Under the pieces are notes generated by a model. It did not search any database and was not told where the DNA came from. It saw nothing but the letters and a program-made list of their open reading frames with translations. From Lytechinus pictus (Eukaryota), in the NCBI RefSeq assembly GCF_037042905.1, contig NC_087251.1, positions 42,968,001 through 43,032,000 on the forward strand: a stretch of 64,000 bases of DNA, read 5' to 3'. A program made the translations under genes and the position numbers. The number at the start of each line of letters is the position of its first letter. Position 1 is the stretch's first letter. This document shows positions 39,034 to 63,255 of the stretch, piece after piece.

Positions 39034-39458
39034 TTAAAGGGCAAGTTTACTCTCATAAAAAGTGTTTTGAATAAAAGCAAATTATATATATATTGGTGAA
39101 GATTTTATGAAAGTTTGTCAAGAAATAATGAATATTGTAAGTTTTGATTTTGTCCATATGATGTGATATAAATTTTCTTAAATTTTCTCGCAACTTTGGA
39201 AGTGATTTTAATGTTTGCGGTGGATAAATCTGTTAGACTTGATAACACCTTCGATCAGATTTTTTTTTATTCAGCATATTCCATTAGAAAATTAGAATGC
39301 ATGGAATTTATATTAAATGATCGGGGGTAGCTGCTCGCATAATATGTTGTAACAAAATATTATATCACGGATAATTAATCAAACTTTAACTAATATCTTT
39401 CTTTAACTCTCCTGCTTTTATAAAATGAACTTATTGTCAGAGTAAACTTCCCCTTTAA
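39034..39458. mobile_element. Degenerate TTAA-flanked Kolobok/T2-like MITE
   Basis: ttaaagggcaagtttactct / agagtaaacttcccctttaa. Confidence 0.7.
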
Positions 39459-42149
39459 GCTAATGAAAATAAATCACAAATTATTTTTAGATCTTAATGG
39501 TTGAACTATGATGATGCATGATGTGCATGAACTTTCTTATTGATTCAATATTGGTAATTCTTAATGTGAGAACTTTATGTAGCTGACATTATCACACGTA
39601 TGATTGTTGCATTGCAGAGAAATTATGTCTCTCTAATTTTGTATTGTAATTTAAAGCCTGTATTGAGTTTCATTAACCTGATGATTATTCATTTTCAAAA
39701 TGTTGAATGCATGGGATAAAGACGTGATCTGAAATCTGAGAAGCCTGATGAAATTTTATAATTGAAATGTCAGATATCTTATTTTGTTGCTTTTTATTTG
39801 ATTTCTTTTAGGTATAAACTACCTCTGTTGAATGGTCAGTATTCCATGCTAGATCTTCGTATACAGCTTTCTGACAATCAAAACAGCAGATATTTGTAAG
39901 ATAAGACTTATGATCATAAGAAAATGTGTAAAATTTAAATTTCACAAAGAGTTATGTCAAACTAGAAAACGGTCTCTATATCATTGTAATAATCTATGTT
40001 ATTCACATTTTTAGACCTTCACCTAAATATTAGGCAGGTCGTATCTAATTTACTAGCTGCTCATCTATAAAAATGTATACATCGTGGGGAGTGGGAATAC
40101 AATGACTTTATAATTTGAAATATATCTATTTTTATATGAAGATGCATTATATCATAGCTCTTGAATTAAGTCTGCATTACATTATATTTTAATAATATTT
40201 CTTATCTGCCAAAATATAATATTGATATATAAAGATTATGTATGAATAAAATGGTAAAAAGGGTAAATGATTTTTAGGTTTTTTTTTTTGTCTCCAGGTG
40301 TTCTTAACGAATCAATTATTCGTTTGACTGTGCATGTGTTATGTATTTTGCTACATTCTGTTACTTTGGCTCATTTGGAGACTGCTACTCTGACCCTTAT
40401 TGGCAAAGTTTTTTTGCCAAATACAGCAGGTTCAACTCAAAACGCCAGGAAGATGGAAAATATATGGGAGTTTTAATCCAGGTTAGATAAGTATATCATG
40501 CACCTGGGTTCTGTTTTCATAACGATAACAAATTCACTATCAACCAATCAGATTGAAGGAATTCAGTAGCTTTTCACTGTTATTGCAAATTCGCCATGAT
40601 AACAAGTTTTGTGAAATGGGCCCCTGGGCTCCGTATAACACAAAGGTTTGCAATCAACCCCTACATACCAATAACCAATCAAGATGATTGTTGCATGCTC
40701 ACTCTGTTTAAAATACTGACCGGGAACCAATCAGTGCGGCTCTTTCACATTTGCAATTCGTTGCAAACCTGTGTTACAAAACCCAGAACTTAATTTGGCT
40801 CTCACAGTAAATTGTTTTAACCATTTTGTACCAAAAATATCACCTTAGCTTATCTTTGGTACAGAAGCTATTGATTACAATTAGTACTCGTTATGGGGGT
40901 GGGGGCTTTGAATATAACATTTAATTGTTGAAGGGGAAATGTTCCCCCACTCCCCTCATCTGATGAAAAGCAGAGTTGCCAATTAGTAGGATTTTATCCT
41001 ATTTCGTAAGGTTTTTGAGGGGAAAGTGACAAAAAGGATTTATCCCCTTGAAATAGGATTTTCAAAACTTGTAAGAATAATGATTTTTTTCTATGTTCTT
41101 CAAAATTTTAAAGAAAATTGGGATTTCAGGCTTGAAAATAGGATGAAAAGAAGTAAAGAAAATTATTACAATTAAGGTTATAGCAGCTCTGACAAGTGTC
41201 GAGTGAAGATAGTGATGGGCTGGGGAGAGAGAGAGAGATCGAGATGGGGCCATCAAGATCCATCTCAGAGAGGGTAGATCTCTCAAAAGAGATGTGAACC
41301 AGTGGCCGAGATAATATGTGAGAGTGCTTTGTAGAGAGAGGGAGAGTTGAGATGGCTCCATCTCAGAGGGGATTCAAGATAACTTGAGAAAGATACGGAC
41401 CATCACTGAAACGATATACGTCACCCGTTGCGGGTTTGTTTTCAAAGTAAATTTGAAATATTTTTTCCCACATGATATAAAAGATATATGATGCTGTATT
41501 TCATAGTTCATTTGATAGATTGAGATACAAAAGATAGTGAGTATAGGCCTACATGACCTCATCCGCTATCTAATTTGCATGAACCTTTCGGGTTGTGTAA
41601 CAATTTTTTGAAATATAAAATCAAAATTTTGAATTAATTAACAATTAACTTTAATTTGACATACGAGTAACTTGTGGTGGTGGACTTGACCTTTAAGGCA
41701 AGACTGCAAGTAGGGGTATAGGGGGTGCAGACTAGTACATGTTCCCTCATTTTCAAAAAGGGAATTAGAATCAAACCCGCGGCCCCCCCCCCCAAAAAAA
41801 AGGTTCATTTTCATTTAGTTGTGATGTAATTTTTCAAAAAATTAACTGCATGCGTCCAAAAGACAGAAGAGAAAGACACAGATTATCATGGCTACATGAT
41901 ATAACAGAGTGAAAAATCATGACTCTACTCAATTGACCATTTTTGTTAAAAATTGATCAATTATAATTAATTTTAAATATTATAAAAACTGTTCCAATGC
42001 CGTACATAAACAGGAAGAGATATTGACCTCCGACCGAAAATTTGGAGATAATCATAGAAAAATGAAAGTGAAAATTAAAACATCATTTGATGAAATATAT
42101 TCCTATCCACCCCCCCCCCCCCCCCCCGTACTTTCGAGCCTTAATAATT

Positions 42150-42330
42150 GGCTTTGGCAGGCTAGCTAGCTAGCTAGGCCGGCAAAACTCGGGCCGCGCC
42201 GGCCTAGCCTGGATAGATCGTGAGCTCGAGCATGCAACGTTAGCCCAACGCAGTTATGGATTATGGATGAGTAAAATTACGATTCTTTATTTTAAGCCAG
42301 GGTAGAATTAACAAATAACGGTAAGTAAGG
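42150..42330 (+). promoter_or_regulatory. Candidate CpG-rich promoter and non-coding first exon (possibly for mARC paralog 2)
   Basis: GC/CpG-rich patch with (GCTA)n and palindromes, then a consensus donor ACG|GTAAGT at 42321. A CpG-rich stretch continues to about 42590. Confidence 0.3.
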
Positions 42331-42957
42331 CTGTGCTACTACTTCGTAGGATTTGGATAGGACTCAAGATTCTAACTTAAGGCTAGCTGTTGTTGTTGAG
42401 GAGGCCGGAGGGCCGAGGGATGCTAATTTAATCGCCGAAATCATGCAGTGTTGTGTTCCAATTCCACAATCCGCTTGCCGATGCGGGTGGTACGGTACCG
42501 CCTGGTGCTGGGGGCCGGCCGGGGACGGGTCGTGTCGACTGCGGGGGAGTCGACTGTGTCTGTGCTCTCGTTCACGTTTGGCAATTGCGAAAGACTACAT
42601 CAACTATAGTATACTATAGTGTAGTGTTTCTGTTAATAATAGTGTTAGCGCCTAAACATGCTAAAAGAAATACACAGCTTTTCTCTATTTAGAAATAGAA
42701 TCCAATGTCATTATCGATTGTGTGTGTGCAAGTAGACTTGAGGACGCAATGATGATCATTTTATTTTAAAAGTCATCATCATTGCGTCCTCGAGACTAGT
42801 ATTGCATTGTGCAGGATGACCAGATTTCACAAAACGAAATAGGGGACAAGCGTGATGCATGAGCGGATCAACCGAGCCAGGCCCAGGGCCCATAATAAAA
42901 AGAAAATCTACAAAGAAAGTTAAAGAAAGCTAGATCTACACAATGTTAGACTTATAA

Positions 42958-43970
42958 CAAGGCTCGACATTAGCGGTGGCCCGGGGCCACCAGAAATTCA
43001 CCTCGGGCAACCATTATTGAAAAAATATTAAGTTTTGGTGGCCCGAATCGGGCAACCAATAATTTTCAGAATAGCGCAATTTTTCTCCCCATTTTGCACG
43101 CATTTATCAACTTTCTACAGTTCAAATTGCAAGCCAGTTTGTCATGCGCCCTTTTTGTTGATCTACACACAGACACACACACAAAGTTGGCCTACCGCTA
43201 TAGCATTAAGTAGCTTTTATCCAGCCGGCCGCGCGGCCGGCTGGCGAGAGCTTTGCATGCTTGAAGCAGCTGTGCGTTAGCAGCCTATTCAGACTCAGGG
43301 AGCTGCAATACGAAATGTTGCTGCTAAGAAATCTTCCACAGAACTGTGAAAATCCAAGTCAAAGTCACATTTTACACCAATGAAATGCCCTTCTACAGAC
43401 CTTTTTGCTAATATCTGGTGTATCCTGATTATTTGCAAGCATTAAAAAGAGGAATCATGACCTCTCTTTTGACTCAAAAAGACCGATTTCCAAATGAAAA
43501 TAATACACATAAAACACATAGGTGAGTACATTACAGTCCCACATGTGCATTTGTAATTGTATGTATGTTGTTACTTGGTTTCTTTCGAAGCTGTGTCTTT
43601 TCCGGTCTTTTCTAGCCAAAAATAAACAGACAGTTACTTTCTTTCTTGTTTATAAATGACTTCTTAAACAACTCTTGAGAAAGTAAATACTTTGGGAAGG
43701 CATTTCATTAATACATGAAATGTGAATTTTTCCAACATTTTGGCAAATTTAGGGAAGGAATTTTCTCACACTTTTTTTTGCCGTTTTATTATTTTCTTTC
43801 ATTTTTGTTGACAGTGGTTAAACCATTTATACCCATTTATTCATTTTAAATGTTTTTTTTTTTTTTTTTCGGGCCACCAAACTTTAATATCGGGCCACCA
43901 AAAAAAAATTATTTGAAGGTTTTGGTGGCCCGAACGGGCCACCACCAAAAAAAGTTAATGTGGAGCCTTG
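42958..43970. mobile_element. Non-autonomous DNA transposon with 7-bp TSD
   Basis: TIR caaggctcgacatta / taatgtggagccttg, with cttataa at 42951-42957 and 43971-43977. Subterminal gggccacca/tggtggccc repeats. Confidence 0.8.
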
Positions 43971-44199
43971 CTTATAAAGAAAAATTACAAAGAAGGGAGG
44001 GTGAACGAAACAATGAAGGAGAGAAAGAAAAGAGAAAAATTGAGATGCAAGAAAGAAAAAATGAAGGGGAAAATGGAGTAAAGAAAATGAGGGACATAGT
44101 AAAAGCAAAGAAAGTTAGAATTGAATAAAGAAAAAAAGGAAGGAAGGGAAGATAAATAAATGTGTGAAAGAAAAAAAACGAGAGAAAGGAAAAAAGAAG

Positions 44200-46012
44200 C
44201 GATGGATTTACTCGGATAGTGCTTCAAAATGTAACATCCTGAATAGACAGTTCTCATCTGTCTTTACTAGAAATGAAGACATGACTAACATAAAGGACAT
44301 GGGAAGTTCTCCCTATCCCTGTATGGAACCCATCACCATACAATCCGATGGTGTGCAGAAAATTCTGTCTGGTCTGCAAATCCATAAAGCCACTGGGCCC
44401 GATGAACTGTCTTCACGGCTATTGAAAAACCTGGACCGCGAACTCGCACCTGTTCTGACAGTCCTATTTCAAGCTTCCCTTGACCAAGGAGTTGTTCCAG
44501 CTGACTGGAAGAATGCAAACATTGCCCCTGTCTTCAAAAAGGGTGAACGATGTAAGCCAGAGAACTACAGACCGATCTCATTAACATCAATGACATGCAA
44601 AGTTCTGGAACACATTGTCCACAGCAATATTATGGACCATCTTTGAAGACCATGACATACTCTCTGATGCTCAGCATGGTTTCCGTAAAAAACGATCCTG
44701 TGTCTCACAACTTGCTCTTGCGGTCCAAGACCTTGCGAAGGGTATAGACAACAGAGAACAGATCGATGTCATCCTGCTAGATCTTGCCAAGGCCTTTGAC
44801 AAGGTGCCACATGGGAGACTTCTTCATAAGCTCGATTTTTATGGTATACGGAACTCTACCCATGAATGGATAGCCGACTTTCTTGACAGTCGCACGCAAC
44901 AAGTACTCCTTGAAGGAACCATCTCTACCAAGACCCAAGTGACATCGGGAGTTCCGCAGGGTAGTGTCGTCGGTCCGATGTTGTTTCTGATATTTATCAA
45001 CGACCTACCAGAGTACCTGTCTAATGACACCATTGTTAGGCTTTTCGCAGATGACTGCCTAGTCTATCGCAAGATAAGGTCAGAGGATGACGGTGCTCAA
45101 CTGCAGGAAGACATCAAGTCCTTGGAGCAATGGGAGGCTGATTGGCTGATGGAGTTCAACCCCAAGAAATGCCAAGTCCTCCATGTAACCAACAAACGGA
45201 AGCCTATCATATTGCCATACATCCTTCATGGTTACACCTTGGACAAAGGAGACACAGCAAAATATCTTGGAATCTACCTCCATCAAAAGCTCAGCTGGAA
45301 TCGTCACATCAGTCAGGTAGCAAAAAAGGCTAATTCCACCAGGGCTTTTCTTCAAAGGAACATTAGATCATGTCCTCGCAAAGTCAAGGTGCTCTGCTAC
45401 CTCACTCTACTTAGACCAGTCATGGAATATGGAAGCATCAATGATCATCTGGGATCCTTTCACTCAAGCTAACATCATGAGGCTTGAAATGATACAGAGA
45501 AGGTATGCTCGCTTTGTTTGCAATGACCACCGCAGAACAAGCAGTGTCACCTCCATGACCATGCTCCAACAACTGCAATGGCCATCCCTGCAAGAAAGGA
45601 GAGCCCAGGCGAAGGTTGCGATGATGTTCTGCATTAAGAACTCGTTAATATCCGTCCCCGAGGCGACTCTGATCCCATCTCTCCATTCCTCACAAAGAGG
45701 TCATAACCAGAAATTACAAGTACCATTTGCTAGGACACAGACACTGCAAAAAAGCTACTTTCCTGACGCAACCAGGCTATGGAACGCTCTTCCACAGGTC
45801 GCCGTCTCATGTACCTCTCTTCCAAGTTTCAAAAGGGAGGTACAGAAATCCAGCTCCGTTAACTTTCTACGGGTGTCTTTTTAGCTGCACACTCTTAGAG
45901 TTTATTTTAGACCCCTCATTTGAGACACTGTACATACATTGCACCTGCACAACAGTACGACAATACGCCAGACGGTGGCCTGTACTTATAGAGAAGAAGA
46001 AGAAGAAGAAGA
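44200..46012 (+). mobile_element. 5'-truncated, frameshifted LINE (CR1/L2 group) reverse transcriptase with (GAA)n tail
   Basis: KATGPDE, ENYRPISLTS, QHGFRK, DLAKAFDKVPH, GVPQGSVVGP, LFADD, KYLG and WNALP motifs across three ORFs; ends in (gaa)n at about 45991-46012. Confidence 0.93.
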
Positions 46013-47790
46013 AATCTGAGATTTTCTCATCAAGCATCACAATATCATTTTGCAAGCAGATATATGATAAAAAATGTGAGTTCAATGTGGTACTAACTGA
46101 TTCTATAGCATTTTGTCGTCAATCTGATATAAATATCTCGCCTATTGATGAGCTAGAGTTTTTGTTTAAATCTCCACAAAAACTTTGGTCCGTAAGGTTG
46201 GGTCACACTTTTTCAGAACAGTTTTCGAGCACAGTGTGTATTCGTCGATCGGAATAGAATTTTGAGATCGTGATACCGGCGAAACCCCTTGACCTACTTC
46301 ACACTTTCGTCAATGTGGTAACTTTCTTGAATTGGTTTTGTATAAATTGTGAACAAATATAAGCCTCGTGAATATTTTTGAAAAGTCAGGTAAGTTTGGA
46401 CATCCCATCATAACACTACAGTTAACATCAACAGTAGGCCTATCCATGCTCTCATCGATTATGACATGTCATTACTCCACATACACAGGAATATATACTA
46501 GGGTGTACTAATGCAGTTTCGCACCGGCCGATTACCAGCACACCTCACCACCAATAATTGTTCACAATGTCATGACAAGTCTCTCAGTCACATTCGAGGT
46601 CAATATAGACCTACCCTGATATACCCACCACACTTTTGAATATCGCGATTGGGAACGGCTGGCTGTATTTTGTATTCAATCTCAACGTCGCCATTCAAAT
46701 CCACAGTTAGACATCACTTCTCTTCGCTTAGATTTGCCACGTGCCGCACTGTTCATATGGACTTAAGTTAGCGACCATGATTTGCACACCGCCCGCCACC
46801 GTCGGCATTTAGAGAAAATGCATTTACGGCAAGCCACCCTGACATATCACCTTTTTACAATTTTTTTTGGGTCATTCGATTGCACGCTGATGCAGTTTTT
46901 CTTGGATGGCGCCATGTTGTTTTTGTTTGGGGGCTGGCATCACTTTCAGGTCATCTAATTGCCCGGCAAGACGACCCAAACCTGATGTCATTATAACTTC
47001 TCTGGGGTAATCTAGGCCCAAACAATTTTTAAGATATGTTTTCCTTTATATTTCTTCCATTATCCTCCCACCCCTTTTCCATTTTTTAACCAAACTTGAA
47101 ATAGTGAAATGGGTTTTAACCTCTCTGAACCCCAATGATTATCATGAGATAAAGCCAAAGGTTATGAAAATGCATAAAGCAAAAAATTAATACAGATTAA
47201 ATTGTTTCTCATCATACTGTTACGTTACTTATGATAAAAGTTCATTTTTATATAGAATTTCCAAATGCCAATGATCATGACCAGTAACACCAGTAATAAA
47301 TCTACTTCATTTGCTTTCTTTTTTTTTCTTCTTCATTTCCTTCTCTCTAGTTTAAAGAAAAATCTTACTTTAGAATAAGGTATCGATGCAATTTCTTTCA
47401 TTTTTTTAGATGGGAGGCTCGGGGGGGGGGGGGGGGGGGGGGTGGCAAGTCCCCCCTCCCCTTGAGCCTCCCATGTAGTAATATGCTGTGATTGGTCCTA
47501 AATATGAGTAAGATTTATTGAAGATACAGGGGCCATGGAACGGGGGGGGGGGGGGGGGGGGGGGCTTAGCCCCCACCCACCCCCTGTTTTTCCCAAACTG
47601 TCTACAAACCACCTTTTATCCCAAAACCGTTTACAAAAATGTAAATTCTGATCGTAATTTTTGCATGGTCAGCCCACCCCCTTTAAAAACCAATCTGCTG
47701 CCCCTGAGACAGTAAGCTAATTTGTCTTCTTTGGTACAAAGCATATTAAAGGTCAAGTCCACGCCAGAAAAATGTTGATTTTGATAAAAA

Positions 47791-49620
47791 TATGATGATG
47801 ATGATGCACAGCATTTGTATAGCACCATGTATCTGTCAAAGACATTCAAGGGCGCATTTTTGGAGGAGCCAGCCAATCTGGGTCGCCTAGAAGGGCGCGC
47901 ACACAGAACTGTGACCCGCAGGTCTCTCCTCCTGATATAACTGGTTGTGGGAAATGTATTTGCCAGCGTTACATCGTATTGCTGGCAAATGTTGTTTATA
48001 CGGCAATAAGTGGTGAACACTAATTGTTCTCCGGCATGCGTGACGGAATTATTCAATTATTTATTTATTTATTTATTTCGTCTTTATTCAACAGGGTAGC
48101 CCCATCAGTAATTACAATACTGTTATACTTGGAGGCCCTGCATAACATAAAATACATATACATAAATATACATGAAAAACATTCGAAGGTGATATGAAAG
48201 ATCAGTACAAATTCCGTTGCGTCGAAGGTGTTTCATTTGAATATGAAAAGAGGGGATGCGAGATAAGGGTGTGGTGTTGTAGGGGAAGTCATTCTAGCTT
48301 TCCAAGGACCGCACACTAGCACGTTTTTTAATATGGAGTTCTTTTTATAGAGTGAATTAAAAAATGATAATTGGTAGGAGACGTTGTTACATCAAAGTTT
48401 AAGTTGCGGTGGCCATAGGGTTTTTTCAGAGTTTAGTGCTGATTCAGTTTTATCTCTTGTTTTTTTAAACCCGGGCAAAATTAGGGTTAGGGCATAACAG
48501 TTTAATTAGTTATGACTTCACACGATTAATGTTAAGAGGTATAAAAACATTATATATGTATGATTCTCAGACAGAATTTGTTAGAAGTTGTTTTCATACT
48601 TTGAAAAATGAAAGTGTTGATAATTTATGTGAAATAAATGCTGTATCTACGTGCTAGTAGCTCGGCAGGCTATATCCCAAAATAGTGTATATTTTGTTAT
48701 TTTGTCAGAGTGACATCTGGGTGTGATGGTTGCTATGGGTGATATTATGTGGTAAACGATGTTAGGATGAACTGCAGGTGGACGACTACACCGGGGTTTC
48801 CCCCTACTCTTATTCGAATAGTGCAGTTGGTTCTTAACGTGCAAAGGTGGTGACCCCGGGGGGGGGGGGGGGGGGCACTCAGTATATAATGCATAGTGGG
48901 TATGTGCCGCGGAGGGGACCCCCATTTTTACACTCAAATTTCCGTTCCAAGGCATAGCATTTTTGTCTTATTGAGAAAAAGAACAAAGAAAGCCGCTCCA
49001 AGGCATAGCATTTCCTTCTTATCGAGAAAAAGGAAGAAAGAAATCCGCTCCAAAGCTTCGCATATTTTTCGTTACGCCGTTCTGGACGCATTGATCTGCT
49101 ACAATTTTGGTGAAAAGCGGCCGTAGAGCGCTTTTCGACCATCGCCTAAGCGCGAGCGCACCCGGCGGAGGCCGCGCTAGCTGCGTCATGCACGATTGCC
49201 CATTCCATAGGGATGCATACGCACTCACAGAGATACGGAGATCCGTTCCGAGGACCCCCGTTTTCACAAACATTTGTAGTTCCGAAGCCCGTTCCGAGGA
49301 CCCTCCTTTTTACAATAAGCCCGCTCCAAGGCCCCCGTTTTTTGCCTCGCCCGCGGCACACCCCTACCACTTTTTTGGTCGAGTGCCCCCCCCCCCCCCC
49401 CCCCCCCGGGGTGGTGACTCTCCTCTACACGGGGCCTCCATTTGACGTCCTATCCGAGGGACGGAGTGTTTTCCACTGTAACGTAGCCTGCAGCTATGAA
49501 ACAGGGGAGAGACGTTTACACACAATGCACTGGTTTCAGTCATCCGCCGGGGGTGGACTCGAACCCACGATCTTTCGTTCGACGGGCAGACACTTTACCG
49601 ACTGAGCCATCTTCGCTCTC
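47791..49620 (-). mobile_element. tRNA-derived SINE with internal secondary insertions
   Basis: Minus-strand head at 49620-49540 has box A tggctcagtcgg and box B ggttcgagtcc. The (CAT)n tail is at about 47791-47805. Confidence 0.7.
48855..49410. mobile_element. CCCG(G)n-terminated TIR element with 8-bp TSD
   Basis: cccg(g)n-cactc / gagtg-(c)n-cggg termini, with gtggtgac at 48847-48854 and 49411-49418. Confidence 0.8.
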
Positions 49621-50232
49621 GAGAAAGTGGAAAAAAAAAGAGAAAAATCAAACTAGCATTATGCCGCAAAATTCCATCAAAATCGGGTGTAAAATGACAA
49701 AGTTCTGTCATTTTAAAGTTTCGCTTATTTTTCACAAAACAGTCATATACTCAGTGACATGCAAATCAGACAATGGACGATGTCCCTCACTCACTATTTC
49801 TTCTGAATTTCTGATTTTTATTGTTTGAATTATACATGTTTCATATTTTTGCAGATTTGACAATTATTACCAACTTGACTGAACCATATAGTATTAAACA
49901 ATGCTTATGCCACATATTTAGGGAGGAATTCATTTTTGTTTCACTTTACAATAAGGAGAAAATTAGAAAATATCATATTTCATATAATAAAATACAAAAG
50001 AAATAGTGAGTGGATGACGTCATCAGTCTCCTCATTTGCATACCGATCAGGATGTACAGTGTAATGCTCGTTGTAATTTTCTCTTTTTATTCAAATCAAC
50101 TTTTTGTTGGGGTGGACTTGTCCTTTAAAAGTTTTCTTTTTATTGCATTCGGGAATTAAGTCAGCTCAAACTTGTATACTTTGCCTACCCATTGCAGAAT
50201 TAGAAAGGAGTGTAACCAAGATACCGTGAATC

Positions 50233-61059
<10,827 letters not shown>

Positions 61060-62505
61060 TATACTCAGCTCATTCCACAATAAGCAATATATCTTTAGTA
61101 TCTTAGTTATCCATTTTCTTAACCTTATTAATGTGCATGATGTCCAAATTGGCCTGTATACTTGAAACAGGTTTTAACTGTACCATGGTACAAAACTTTG
61201 GTGTGTGCAGGTTTCTACATATTATCATGCTTCCCTTCTGGTACCCTTTGCCAAAAGCATGCATTTAATTTGATTTTTCCTAGTGTACACGATGAAATAA
61301 ACGTAATTATGGACAAAAATCTGCATCGCCCATGGATTCGAACCATGGTACAATTGAATCCTTTTTTTAATATGGGCAATTGTGTTTGACAAATTCAAAT
61401 CCAGTGCATTAACTTTGTAGTTGATTTAGCTAATTCAAGAGTGACATATTTTGCAAATTTGTCAAATTTAGTGCATAGAAAAATGCTTCTACTAGACAAA
61501 CAAAAATCTTCATTTTACAAGCAGGCATCATAAAATATGGAAGTGAAATATTTGGACCGAGTCTATAGCATGTTGCCGTCATTCTGATATAGATATCTCA
61601 CCCTTTGTGCTTGCTTTTTTGAAATATTTGCAAAATAAGACCACACTTTTTCAGTGCGTGTTTTCCACGATAACGAACACTCCTTGATCAACATAAAAAT
61701 TTTGTCCATAAATTTCAATTCTACAATCTTTCCGTCAGTTTCGTATATGTTATTTGAATTTATTTTGTATGAAATGCGAATGTTTTGTGAATACGTTTTA
61801 ACAAGATTAATATTTTTGAAATATGTGCCAAGTTTGGACACCTGATCATACGTACCTGTATGTTTTGTTCCAATGTACTAAATTTATGTATCATATATTC
61901 ATGTCTATGTTTAAATATTCATCTTAAATCATGCAAGTATCCCATTTGGCTGTTCTTAATCAATAATTGAAAAAATAAATCATGCAACATATATAATTCC
62001 AGTACTTATAAGGTATTTATGTCTATGAATAATCATAGATTTTCTTTTGAAGCCCATTTTCTACGAAAAAAATTTAATTGGTAATTTTTTTTTTGGGGGG
62101 GGAGACATCTGCATTGGTTCGAAAAGTTGATAGATATTTGTTTTGAATACAAATATACCATCAAGCATGGTATTGATGACTTTGAGAGCCAATATATTCT
62201 AGACTAGTATCATGATGTGTAACTATTTTTAATGGTTTGCTTTAAATCGAGAGCTGAAAGAGTGATTTTGATTGCTTGACGAAGTTGCCGTTGAATGATG
62301 CATTGGTGTATGTCCATTTAAGATGTTCTTTTGTTGGCATTGATATAAATTGTGCAAAATAGTCCACAGTACTTGGTCATGACTGACATAAAGATTGTCT
62401 ACACGCATACTTCAAGCTTTTCAATATTACTTATTTATCTCACTCATCCACTATACTCTGTAGTATTCATTGCCATTTGTTTGCATGAGTCAAAATTTCA
62501 TAGAT

Positions 62506-62909
62506 TTAAAGCTAAATTACAGTAGTTGCAGTAAAACACTGATTTCGTAAGAAAGTCTGTAAAACCAAGGTTAAGTATTACTATATCATCGTCGATCTAG
62601 ATCTGGTACAGTTACATAAACTGAACTTTGTGAAATCATAAAATCTAAGCTGAAAAACAATCACACTGAAGATCGCCAACACAGATAGGCACACGTTGGA
62701 CAGTGTATATTATATTGCTGGAATAAAGACCCGACGGAAGTGCCCGAATCCGCGCTTATTTTGCTTATTTCTCAGCAATTACACAATTTCTTCCAGAATC
62801 CTTCGGCACAAATTTTTTATTCATATCTACAGACACTTGGGTGGTCATTATATTGGATTCTATAAAAAGTCATTTTGAGATCGTGACCACAACTGGCATT
62901 TATCTTTAA
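62506..62909. mobile_element. TTAA-flanked MITE
   Basis: ttaaagctaaattacagtagttg / caactggcatttatctttaa imperfect termini. Confidence 0.6.
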
Positions 62910-63007
62910 TATACACCAAAGCGAAAGGAATTTTACGTGCCAGGGGGATGTTTCATAAAGCTGTGCATAAACGACTTCATGCACAGTTGAAGACACTGTC
63001 TTGTGCT

Positions 63008-63255
63008 CAGGGGCGGATCCAGGAATTTCCGACTGGAGGGGGGGGGGGCAGCTTTTTTGTTCACAAACATTTTGACGAGCAAAAAAAATATATTCCTACA
63101 CTCCTGAGTGATATGGTAAAAAAAATTAAGCAAAGCAAAAATGGTCTTCACTTGCATGTAAACAACATTTACAACTAACAACATTTTTATGGCTCTCAAA
63201 GCGGGGGGGGGGGGGGGGGGGGTGGCATAAGACGGGTGCGCTGGAACTGCCACTG
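63008..63255. mobile_element. Small hAT-like MITE
   Basis: caggggcggatccag / ctggaactgccactg termini; near-TSD cttgtgct / cttatgct. Confidence 0.6.

Larger units (their letters stand above)
47746..50128. mobile_element. TTAA-flanked Kolobok/T2-like MITE split by a ~1.8-kb nested insert
   Basis: Left end ttaaaggtcaagtccac at 47746 and right end gtggacttgtcctttaa at 50128. MITE sequence resumes at about 49640, matching the uninterrupted copy at 35966-36571. Confidence 0.75.

Noticed and set aside
49540..49620. tRNA gene (also 38810-38889, 35538-35610 and 4680-4745)
   Set aside because: A/B boxes are present but continue into SINE bodies with simple-repeat tails; there is no convincing cloverleaf.
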